From NCBI GenBank assembly GCA_046539225.1, contig JBKHHG010000017.1:1-16699 (forward strand): 16,699 nucleotides of DNA, written 5' to 3'. A program made the translations under genes and the position numbers. Below are positions 6,353-14,759 of this stretch, one piece after another. Within the stretch, counting starts at the first letter, position 1. Every line of letters starts with the position of its first letter. This DNA comes from Candidatus Nanohaloarchaea archaeon (lineage in GTDB: Archaea > Nanohalarchaeota > Nanosalinia > Nanosalinales > Nanosalinaceae). The notes under the pieces are model-generated. The model saw only the letters and a list, made by a program, of their open reading frames with translations, did not search any database and had not been told where the DNA came from.

Positions 6353-8740
6353 ATGCGGCTCCAGGTTTTTGACGCGGACTACACCACCGACCCGTTAAAG
6401 CTCAGGGTCTTCGGGAAGAACAGCGACGGAGTCTACAAGCTTATCGACACAGAGTTCAAACCATACCTCTACGCGCTCCCCGAGGAAAACCTGGAAGAAA
6501 TGAGGGAAGAAGTCGAGGCCTCGGAGTTCGAGACCGACCAGGGCGAAAAACTTGAGCCCCTGAAAGTTGAAGCAGTCGAGATGCAGGACGAGAACCAGGA
6601 GGTTGAGGCCTTGAAAGTTTACGCTGAAGAACCTGCAGAGGTTCCAAAGCTGAAGAACAGTCTCTGGGATCTGGAAACGGTTCAGGAGTGCAGAGAGTTC
6701 GATATCCCGTTCTACCGCCGCTACCTAATCGACAGAGACGTAAGGCCTGGAGACTGGATCGAGGTTGAAGGAGAGGAAAAGAATTCCAAAGATTTTGAAG
6801 CAGAGATCCGGGTAAAAGAGCTGAGGCCTGTGAAAAGCAGTGAAGAAGTCGACTGGAACCATCTATCATTCGATCTCGAGGTCGTTGATGACAGGGTTGT
6901 AATGGCCTCGCTTTACTCGGAAAGTTTTGAGAAAGTCCTTTCGCTGAAGGATATAGGCCTCGAATTTGTCGAGAAAGTTGAATCCGAAGAACAGATAGTT
7001 GAAAGAATTGTAGAGATCGTTGACGGGAGAGAAGTCGATATCCTGACAGGTTACAACACCGATGAGTTTGATTTTGACGTGTTGAGAAGAATTGAGGAAG
7101 AAACCTCTGTTGAACTCGCGCTGGGAAGAGACGGCGAGAGAATGAAGTTCAACCGCCGCGGAAGATTCAAGGGAGCGAGAATCAAAGCCAGGATGCATCT
7201 CGACCTATACCCCTTTGTCTCGCACGTGCTCTCCCCAGGCCTTGACTCCGAGACCCTGGACCTTGACTCGGTCGCCCAGGAACTCCTGGACATGGAGAAA
7301 GACGACATAGAATGGAGCGAAATGAAAAACATCTGGGAAAACGAAGAAGAACTTGAAAAATTTGCTGAGTACGCGCTGAAGGACTCCCGCCTGACCTATC
7401 TTCTCGGCGAAAAAATCTATCCACAGATACTCGAACTCTCAAAGATTACAGGCCTTATACCCTTCGACACCTGCAGACTCACCTATGGACAGCTCACAGA
7501 AAACTACCTGCTCAGAGAAGCACATGAACGCGGAAAACTCGCCAAGAACAGGCCTTCGCAGAAGAAAAGAAACAAGAGGGACAGGGAAGAGGCTTACACC
7601 GGAGGATTCGTCTACACCCCGGAAGAAGGCCTTTACGAAGACGTCGCGGTCTTCGACTTCCGCTCACTCTACCCTACGGTAATGGTAGCCCACAACATCT
7701 CTCCGGACACTTTTAACATCGAAGAATGCAGCGAAGAATTCAATATAGATGAGCTGAACTACTCTTTCTGCCAGGACAAGCAGGGATTCTTCCCGGAACT
7801 TGTTGAAGATCTTGTAAGCTCGCGCTACACCATAAAATCCGAGATGAAAGATTTAGACGAAGAAACCGAACGTTACACCGATCTCTACAACCGGCAGCAG
7901 GCCCAGAAAATACTTGCAAACTCTTTCTACGGTTATCTGGGTTACAGCGGCGCACGCTGGTATTCAAGAGAAAGCGCGGAAGCCACAACATTTCTTGGAA
8001 GAAAATACATTCAGGAAACGATCGAGAAAGCAAAGGAGAGAGGCTTCGAAATGGTTTACGGAGATACTGACTCCGTAATGCTCAGGAAAGATAATCTGGA
8101 AGAAGAACTGGATGAATTTGTTGAAGAAGTAAACTCTGATCTCCCCAGGTTTATGGAGCTCGAGTTTGAAGGCCTTTTCAAGAGAGGATTTTTTACCTCG
8201 AAGGAGTCAGGTGAGGGAGCCAAGAAAAAGTATGCTTTAATTGATGAAGACGGTAACCTGAAGATTACTGGTTTTGAACAGGTTAGAAGGGACTGGAGCC
8301 CTGTAGCTAAACAAACCCAGAAAAAAGTACTGAGAAAAGTCCTCGAGGATGAGGTCGAAGAAGCCGCTGAAGAAGTCAAAAGTACTATAGAGGCCTTGCA
8401 AAACGGCGAGATAGATGTAGAAGATTTGAGGATTTATACGACGTTGACAAAGCCGCCTGAAGAGTACAACTCGACGGCTCCACATGTCGAAGCGGTTAAA
8501 AAAGCCGAGAAACGCGGCGACGATATTGAGGCGGAGACAACTGTGGGTTATGTTATTACAAGAGGCGGTAAATCTATTTCGGACAGCGCCGAACTTGTTA
8601 AATACGCTGACAGCTATGAAGCTGAATATTACATCGATAACCAGGTTATACCCGTTGCTCTCCGGGTTTTGAAGGTTTTCGGCTATACAGAGGAAGAGTT
8701 AAAGGGTAAAGGCCGTCAAAGCGGCCTCAACCGCTTTTAG
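6353..8740 (+). CDS. polB: Family B DNA polymerase, no intein
   Basis: ExoI FDLEV, ExoII YNTDEFDF, ExoIII YALKD; polymerase DFRSLYP, KILANSFYGY, YGDTDS; archaeal N-terminal EFDIPFYRRYLID; C-terminal PIP-like QSGLNRF. Confidence 0.98.
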   Translation: MRLQVFDADYTTDPLKLRVFGKNSDGVYKLIDTEFKPYLYALPEENLEEMREEVEASEFETDQGEKLEPLKVEAVEMQDENQEVEALKVYAEEPAEVPKLKNSLWDLETVQECREFDIPFYRRYLIDRDVRPGDWIEVEGEEKNSKDFEAEIRVKELRPVKSSEEVDWNHLSFDLEVVDDRVVMASLYSESFEKVLSLKDIGLEFVEKVESEEQIVERIVEIVDGREVDILTGYNTDEFDFDVLRRIEEETSVELALGRDGERMKFNRRGRFKGARIKARMHLDLYPFVSHVLSPGLDSETLDLDSVAQELLDMEKDDIEWSEMKNIWENEEELEKFAEYALKDSRLTYLLGEKIYPQILELSKITGLIPFDTCRLTYGQLTENYLLREAHERGKLAKNRPSQKKRNKRDREEAYTGGFVYTPEEGLYEDVAVFDFRSLYPTVMVAHNISPDTFNIEECSEEFNIDELNYSFCQDKQGFFPELVEDLVSSRYTIKSEMKDLDEETERYTDLYNRQQAQKILANSFYGYLGYSGARWYSRESAEATTFLGRKYIQETIEKAKERGFEMVYGDTDSVMLRKDNLEEELDEFVEEVNSDLPRFMELEFEGLFKRGFFTSKESGEGAKKKYALIDEDGNLKITGFEQVRRDWSPVAKQTQKKVLRKVLEDEVEEAAEEVKSTIEALQNGEIDVEDLRIYTTLTKPPEEYNSTAPHVEAVKKAEKRGDDIEAETTVGYVITRGGKSISDSAELVKYADSYEAEYYIDNQVIPVALRVLKVFGYTEEELKGKGRQSGLNRF

Positions 8741-9538
8741 CTACTCCAGCTTGTCCTGTATGATGGAGTCGATGTTGGATCTGTCCGAGATCATCTCTCC
8801 GTCTATGAAGACTGTTGGAGTCTGGCTTATACTGTTTTTCTGACCGAGTTCTCTATCGTCTCTAACTGATTGAACTGTTTCTTCGCTCTGCATGCAGGCC
8901 TCGACTTCCGTGTAGTTTAGGCCTTCGGTGTGCTCTTTTGTGAACTCGAGGAGGCCTGAGTCGGAGTAGTCTGTCATCCCCTGCTGTGAGAAGAGTTCGT
9001 CGTGGAGGCTCCAGTACTCCTGGTTGTCCTGCTGGTAGACGCATTCGGCTGCTGTCGCGGCTTGGATGTTTTCAGGCCTGAAGTTGGGCAGCGGGAAGTC
9101 TATATAGTACATCTTTACGTTGCCCTGTTCTATGTGGTCCTGGAAAGTCGGCTTTGTCTCCTGGTTAAAGTCTCTACAAGCGCTGCACATGAAGTCTCCG
9201 AACTCTACTATTGTGACGTTGGCGTCTTCTTCTCCGAGCATCGGCTGCTCCTCAAGGTTAAGATCGTCGAAGTCTATGGTCTGGCCGCCTGTGAACATCC
9301 CGATTATTGCCGGTGCCGAGACGTAGACCAGAGCCACGATCACAAGGCCTCCGATACCTCTTATCATCATTTTCCGCCTCCACTCCATCCGGGCGTTTTC
9401 CTCTTCCTCCTTTTCTCGCCGGGCTTTCTTCAGTTTCTCCTCGTCATGTGAGTTAAGCTCTTCGCTGTGTTCTTCGCCCCAGTGAAGATACATCTCACGC
9501 TCTGACTCAAATTCTTTGTCGCAGTACTTGCATTCCAT
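8741..9538 (-). CDS. Membrane-anchored DsbA/BdbD-like thioredoxin-fold protein with N-terminal C2H2 zinc finger
   Basis: CKYC-x12-H-x4-H, then a charged helix, one hydrophobic segment, EFGDFMCSAC active site and TPT cis-Pro motif. Confidence 0.88.
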   Translation of the reverse strand: MECKYCDKEFESEREMYLHWGEEHSEELNSHDEEKLKKARREKEEEENARMEWRRKMMIRGIGGLVIVALVYVSAPAIIGMFTGGQTIDFDDLNLEEQPMLGEEDANVTIVEFGDFMCSACRDFNQETKPTFQDHIEQGNVKMYYIDFPLPNFRPENIQAATAAECVYQQDNQEYWSLHDELFSQQGMTDYSDSGLLEFTKEHTEGLNYTEVEACMQSEETVQSVRDDRELGQKNSISQTPTVFIDGEMISDRSNIDSIIQDKLE

Positions 9539-9577
9539 ACAGGGGATAAGAAACTTCTACCAATAAAAAACTCCTGT

Positions 9578-10981
9578 TCATGTATGGATACTCTTGCCCA
9601 GAGCATCCTCACAGGCCTCCATAAAGGCCTCCGAAAAAGTTGGATGGGCGTGAACCGTGCCTGTAACATCCTTGAGGTAGGCCTGAAGCTCAAGCGCCAG
9701 AGTCGCCTCCGCAACCATGTCAGAAGCCCTGTTCGCCACGAACGCGGCACCAAGAATCTTGTTGTTCTCCGAGGCAACCACTTTTGCATATCCTTTGGGC
9801 GTGTTCGTGGTCAAGGCCCTTCCAGAGTACTTCATCGGAAACCTGCCGACTTTAACGTTTTCATGGCTTTCCTGGGCCTCTTCTTCGGATAGGCCTACTG
9901 TCGCAACCTCGGGATCGGTGTACATAACCTCGGGGATATACTGCGAATCCATCCCCGTGCTCTCTCCTGCTGCAACTTCTCCGACGGTTTTACCCTCCAT
10001 GTAGGCCTTGTGAGCCAGGAGCGGGCCTCTAGCCGCGTCTCCAATCACAAAGATGTTTTCAGAGGCCTTCATCTGCGGATCCGTCTCCACAAAACCGTTT
10101 TCATTTATCTCTACACCTGTGTTCGCCAGCTCGACGCTCTCCAAGTTTGAACGGGTTTCGCGCCCGACCGCTACCAGGATGTAGTCGCCTTTGATCTCGA
10201 CTTTCTCTCCATCCTTTTCAGCCACAAGCACAGGCCGTTCACCTTCTTTAACTTCTACAGCTTTTGTATCTGTATAGACTTCGTCGCTGTATGTATCCGA
10301 GGCCTCCTGAAGTTCCTCGACAACCTCTTCATCGAAGTTTGGAAGTATCTGCTCCTCTGCCTCGACAATCTTAACTATTGATCCGAAGCTTCCGAACTTT
10401 GTGGCTGCCTCCATCCCTATGTAGCCACCTCCGACAACGACCAGTTCTTCAGGCGCCTCGTCAAGATTCAAAAGCTCCCTGGACGATATAACGCCTTCTT
10501 TTTCAAATTCAAGGCCTGGAACCTCTATAGGTTTGCTGCCGGTCGCGACAACGCATTCATCAAAGTTTAACTTGTCAGTCCTGTGTTCCTGTTCTACTCT
10601 GACTGTTGAATCATCTATAAACCTTGCTTCTCCCTTTATTATTTCGACGCCGACCGATTCAAGCTTGTTTTTAACTCCTTTATTCAGTTTTTCGACTACG
10701 CCGTTTTTCCAGGCCTGTAATTCCTTTAGATCCGTGTCAAGGTTTTCCGAGTGTATGCCTATTTCTCTCCAGGCCTCCACTTCTTCCTCTACTTCTGCGG
10801 CGTGTATCAAGGCCTTTGCAGGTATGCAGCCCCGGTTGAGGCAGGTTCCGCCGATATCCTCTTTCTCCACCAGAGTAACGTCTACACCCATCTGTCCGGC
10901 TCTGATCGCTGCCGAGTAGCCTCCAGGTCCACCACCTATAACAAGCAGCTCTGTACCTGTTTCAATATCTCCTACAACCAT
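9578..10981 (-). CDS. lpdA: Dihydrolipoyl dehydrogenase (E3)
   Basis: GGGPGGY, GGTCLNRGCIP, GGGYIG, HAHPTFSE; ATG overlaps the pdhC stop (TGATG). Confidence 0.97.
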   Translation of the reverse strand: MVVGDIETGTELLVIGGGPGGYSAAIRAGQMGVDVTLVEKEDIGGTCLNRGCIPAKALIHAAEVEEEVEAWREIGIHSENLDTDLKELQAWKNGVVEKLNKGVKNKLESVGVEIIKGEARFIDDSTVRVEQEHRTDKLNFDECVVATGSKPIEVPGLEFEKEGVISSRELLNLDEAPEELVVVGGGYIGMEAATKFGSFGSIVKIVEAEEQILPNFDEEVVEELQEASDTYSDEVYTDTKAVEVKEGERPVLVAEKDGEKVEIKGDYILVAVGRETRSNLESVELANTGVEINENGFVETDPQMKASENIFVIGDAARGPLLAHKAYMEGKTVGEVAAGESTGMDSQYIPEVMYTDPEVATVGLSEEEAQESHENVKVGRFPMKYSGRALTTNTPKGYAKVVASENNKILGAAFVANRASDMVAEATLALELQAYLKDVTGTVHAHPTFSEAFMEACEDALGKSIHT

Positions 10982-12417
10982 CACATATCCACCAGCAAGT
11001 TTTTAGGGTTCTCAAGATCTTTCACAACTTTGTTCATGAATTTTGCGGCTTCTGCACCGTCTACAACACGGTGATCATAGCTTAAACTGAGTTTGACTGT
11101 TTTCCTTGGAACCACTTCTCCTTCAATTACTTCAGCAGTCTCCTGTATCTTTCCGACGCCGAGAATCGCGGTCTGAGGCGGGTAAATGATCGGTGTGAAG
11201 GCCTCGCCTCCGATAACCCCGATATTTGTTATGGAGAAAGTCCCGGATTTCAGCTCTTGCCTTGAGAGGCCTCCTTCACGGGCTTTCGAGGCCTTTTCGG
11301 CTATCTCCTCCGCGAGCTCTACCATGGTTAACTGGTCCACGTCTTCAATTCTTGGAACCATCAGGCCTCTCTCGGTGTCGACTGCGATGTTAAAGTCGTA
11401 GAAGTTTTTCTGAATTATCTCATCGTGTTCAAGATCCAGTTCAGAGTTCAACCTGGGATGCTGCTTCAAAGCCGCTACACAGGCCTTGATGATGAAAGGC
11501 AGGTATGTCAGATGTGCATCTACATCGGACTTGACCGACTCCCTGAGCTCCACAAGCCGGGTTATATCCGCCTTCTCTATATGGGTGACGTGAGCGGCTT
11601 CATCCTTTGACTCAGCCATTCTCTCCGCAGTAATCCTTCTAACATTTGACATCTCAACCCTTTCCACATCGCCTTCATGAGTGATAACAGGTTCATCCTC
11701 TTCATCTACTTCTTTTTCCGAGGCCTCAAGCACGTCTTCACGGGTGACCTCGCCGCCTCTTCCAGAGCCTTCAACCTCTGAAATCTCAACGTTTTGCTGC
11801 CGCGCCAGCTCTCTCACAGAAGGCCTCGCATTTACACCGCTGAAATCAGAAGTCTCCACATCTTCTCCAACTTTTTCCTTTTTATCCTTGGATCTGCCTT
11901 TCTCATCTTCCTCTCTGATATACTCCTCTTCTCCTGAGGCCTTGAGCACGTCTTCTTCCCGGATCCGGCCCTCAACATTCAGCTTTCCGAGATCGACTCC
12001 TTTCTCCTCCGCCAGCTTTCTGACTCTCGGCAAAGCAAGGATCTCTCCAGAACTCGAGGCCTCTTCGTTCTCTTCCACCTTTTTCTGTTCAATATTCTCT
12101 TTAGCTCCGTTTATGGATTCTTCCTTGGCTTCCTCTACTTTTTCTGAGGCCTCTGCTTCGTTTACTTCTCCGGCATCTGTCTCTTCTCCTGTGTCAAGCT
12201 CCATGATGACCTCTCCGACTTTGACGGTGTCGCCAGCCTCAACTTTCAGGTCCTTGACGGCCCCATCAGCGGGCGACGGAATCTCCACCACGGCCTTGTC
12301 TGTCTCCGCCTCCCCAACAACCTGGTCTTCCTCGATCTCTTCTCCCTCCTCTACCTTCCACTCCAGGAACTTTCCCTCTGTAACTCCTTCACCGGTGTCA
12401 GGAAACTCGAACTTCAT
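10981..12417 (-). CDS. pdhC: Dihydrolipoamide acyltransferase (E2)
   Basis: Lipoyl domain ETDKA, two peripheral-subunit-binding domains, catalytic GTFSITNIG and DHRVVDG. Confidence 0.95.
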   Translation of the reverse strand: MKFEFPDTGEGVTEGKFLEWKVEEGEEIEEDQVVGEAETDKAVVEIPSPADGAVKDLKVEAGDTVKVGEVIMELDTGEETDAGEVNEAEASEKVEEAKEESINGAKENIEQKKVEENEEASSSGEILALPRVRKLAEEKGVDLGKLNVEGRIREEDVLKASGEEEYIREEDEKGRSKDKKEKVGEDVETSDFSGVNARPSVRELARQQNVEISEVEGSGRGGEVTREDVLEASEKEVDEEDEPVITHEGDVERVEMSNVRRITAERMAESKDEAAHVTHIEKADITRLVELRESVKSDVDAHLTYLPFIIKACVAALKQHPRLNSELDLEHDEIIQKNFYDFNIAVDTERGLMVPRIEDVDQLTMVELAEEIAEKASKAREGGLSRQELKSGTFSITNIGVIGGEAFTPIIYPPQTAILGVGKIQETAEVIEGEVVPRKTVKLSLSYDHRVVDGAEAAKFMNKVVKDLENPKNLLVDM

Positions 12418-12510
12418 GAAACTTCAGAAAGTTTTATCATTGGAGGCTGGGCTCAGCAAGGTGAGGCCGCCTTCAGATGTTTTTCCGGTTTTTATGTTTA
12501 TTATAATCAC

Positions 12511-13476
12511 CTAAAATTCGAGTACTCTTTTCAGGCCTTTTACAGCTCTCTCCTTGTTCGGCATGTAGAAGTCCTCCAAAGTGTAGAGCGGGTAAGGCAC
12601 GTCAGGAGCGGTAACTCTTTCCACAGGCGCCTCCATAGAGAGTATCGCATTCTCCTGTATCCTTGTCGCTATCTCAGCTCCCATACCGCCTGTTTTCGGC
12701 GCCTCGTGCAGTATCATCGCTCTACCGGTCTTTTCCACTGAATCGGTTATGGCTTCGTAGTCCATAGGATGGATAGTCCTTGGATCGATGATCTCCACGG
12801 AAGCGTTTACTTCTTCCGCTGCGTCTTCTGCGACAGGCACCATTGCGCCCCAGGCGATCAGGGTCACGTCCTCTCCTTCCTGGACTGTTCGGGCGTCCTC
12901 CAGTTCAACCTCTTTATCTCTATTGACTTCTTCCTTGAACGCTCTGTAGGTTTTCTTCGGCTCCAGAAAGACCACAGGATCGTCTAGCTGTATAGATTTT
13001 CTCAGAAGCGAGTAGGTGTCCTGTGGCGTGCTCGGAATCACGACTCTGAGGCCTTGGGCGTGCGAGAAGAATGTCTCCGGCGATTCCTGGTGGTGTTCAA
13101 GAGCGGATATTCCTCCGCCGTAAGGCGCCCTGACAGTCAGCGGAACTTCGTAGTCACCGCGGCTTCTCGTTCTGAAACGGGCCGCATGTTCCTTAATCTG
13201 GTGGAACGCCAGGTAGGAGAAACCTGAGAACTGCATCTCCACTACAGGCCTGAAACCGTAAAGACCCATTCCTATAGCGGTCCCAGCAATACCTGACTCC
13301 GCCAGCGGCGAGGAAAAACATCTTTCCTCTCCAAACTCTTCCTGCAATCCTTCCGTGGCTCTGAAGACGCCTCCGTCCTCTCCAACGTCTTCTCCGTACG
13401 CTATAACTTTTTCATCTTCTTCCATTTCGTCGTGAATGGCTTCTCTAACCGCCTCAATAATATTCATCTCTGTCAT
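12511..13476 (-). CDS. pdhB: Pyruvate/2-oxoacid dehydrogenase E1 beta subunit
   Basis: GEDVG..GGVFRAT, PLAESGIAG, EMQFSGF, HHQES; SD AGGTGA. Confidence 0.95.
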   Translation of the reverse strand: MTEMNIIEAVREAIHDEMEEDEKVIAYGEDVGEDGGVFRATEGLQEEFGEERCFSSPLAESGIAGTAIGMGLYGFRPVVEMQFSGFSYLAFHQIKEHAARFRTRSRGDYEVPLTVRAPYGGGISALEHHQESPETFFSHAQGLRVVIPSTPQDTYSLLRKSIQLDDPVVFLEPKKTYRAFKEEVNRDKEVELEDARTVQEGEDVTLIAWGAMVPVAEDAAEEVNASVEIIDPRTIHPMDYEAITDSVEKTGRAMILHEAPKTGGMGAEIATRIQENAILSMEAPVERVTAPDVPYPLYTLEDFYMPNKERAVKGLKRVLEF

Positions 13477-13525
13477 TCGAAAATCACCTGATTTTCTGGA
13501 TGACCGGAAACTCTCCGAGTTTCGA

Positions 13526-14584
13526 TCATTCTTCCACCTCTTCTCTAAGCTTTTCTTTCTCCTTTTTCAGCATTTCTGGCATCTCGCCGTACACATAATC
13601 AAACATCTCGTCAAACTCAGGATCCTCCATCTCCAAGGCCTTTTTGGCTGCTTCATCGACTTTCTCCTCTGCTTTCTCTTCAAATGATTCAAGCTCATCA
13701 TTCCAGATACCGTGTTCTTTCAGGTACTCGCGGAAACGCTTCAGAGGATCTTCATCCTTCCATTCCTCGACTTCCTCCTCATTCCTGTAACGCGTCGAGT
13801 CGTCCGAAGTTGTGTGATCCTCCAGACGGTAAGTCAAGGCCTCTATCAGAACAGGTTCGCCTTTCCGCGCCTTCTCCAGAGCTTCTTCCACTGCCTTGAT
13901 CACAGCCAGTAAATCGTTTCCATCGACCTGTATACCGTCTATCCCATACGCTATAGCTTTCTGTGCGATTGTATCCGATTTAGTCTGTTTCTCCCGCGGC
14001 ATGCTGATCGCGTACTGGTTGTTCTGCACGAAGAAGATTGAATGCGCATTGTAGACGCCTGAAAAGTTCAAGGCCTCGTTAAAGTCTCCCTCCGAAGTGC
14101 TTCCATCGCCTGTAAACCCTATTACCGCGTTTTCATCGCCTTCTTTCTCCATCGCCATCCCGATTCCCGCGGTGTGAAGGTTCTGCGTTCCTACCGGGAT
14201 TGCGACGGGAAGAATGTTCAGTTCTGCGAGGCCTTTCTGGCCGTTCGCGTCACCCATCCATCGTCTGAAAATTTTGTCGAGAGGCGCTCCTCTCGCGATA
14301 AAGGCCGCGGTCTCACGAAAACTCGGTACCATCCAGTCCTCTTCTTCCAGGGCGAACATAGCTCCGATCTGCGCAGCCTCCTGGCCTTTGTGCGGAGCAT
14401 AAGTCGAAATATCGCCTCTTCTCTGGAGAGAGAAGGCCTTTTCATCGAATTTCCGTGCTAAAACCATGTTTTTGTAGAGTTCTCTGTACTCGTCCTCCTC
14501 TATCCATGGAAAATCGTCTTCATCCTCGGTGTCCATCACTTCAACTCTTTCGACTTTACCGGAGTATACTTCCCGCCGCACCAT
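13526..14584 (-). CDS. pdhA: Pyruvate/2-oxoacid dehydrogenase E1 alpha subunit
   Basis: GQEA, TPP motif GDGSTSEGDF...NNQYAIS, TYRLEDHTTSDD. Confidence 0.95.
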   Translation of the reverse strand: MVRREVYSGKVERVEVMDTEDEDDFPWIEEDEYRELYKNMVLARKFDEKAFSLQRRGDISTYAPHKGQEAAQIGAMFALEEEDWMVPSFRETAAFIARGAPLDKIFRRWMGDANGQKGLAELNILPVAIPVGTQNLHTAGIGMAMEKEGDENAVIGFTGDGSTSEGDFNEALNFSGVYNAHSIFFVQNNQYAISMPREKQTKSDTIAQKAIAYGIDGIQVDGNDLLAVIKAVEEALEKARKGEPVLIEALTYRLEDHTTSDDSTRYRNEEEVEEWKDEDPLKRFREYLKEHGIWNDELESFEEKAEEKVDEAAKKALEMEDPEFDEMFDYVYGEMPEMLKKEKEKLREEVEE

Positions 14585-14606
14585 ACAGGGTTAAGGCCTC
14601 TGGCTG

Positions 14607-14617
14607 TATATAAAAAA
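14607..14617 (-). promoter_or_regulatory. TATA box of the pdh operon (probably leaderless)
   Basis: Minus strand TTTTTTATATA about 23 nt upstream of the pdhA ATG; no SD. Confidence 0.6.
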
Positions 14618-14710
14618 TAGTTTGCGACTTTCCGGTGAACTCGGCCGGGAGGCCTTCAACCGGTTTAATTGTTTGAGGTATCGGCAGTACTCTTCCGGAA
14701 TGTGTCTACC

Positions 14711-14737
14711 GTTGAGTAGACTCAACAACCTAAATAA
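14711..14737 (+). promoter_or_regulatory. Perfect 7-2-7 palindrome next to a putative TATA box of the acetate-CoA ligase gene
   Basis: GTTGAGT-AG-ACTCAAC (14711-14726), then TAAATAA (14731-14737) about 23 nt before GTG 14760. Confidence 0.45.
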
Positions 14738-14759
14738 CGAGGCTGTAGAAAGACAGTAC

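Noticed and set aside
6353..8740. Possible intein-containing, inactivated or mobile-element PolB
   Set aside because: Normal length, intact catalytic motifs, housekeeping context, and no terminal repeats, integrase or Cas1 seen.
11681..12514. 277-aa Ser-rich plus-strand ORF
   Set aside because: Antisense shadow of the Glu-rich pdhC codons.
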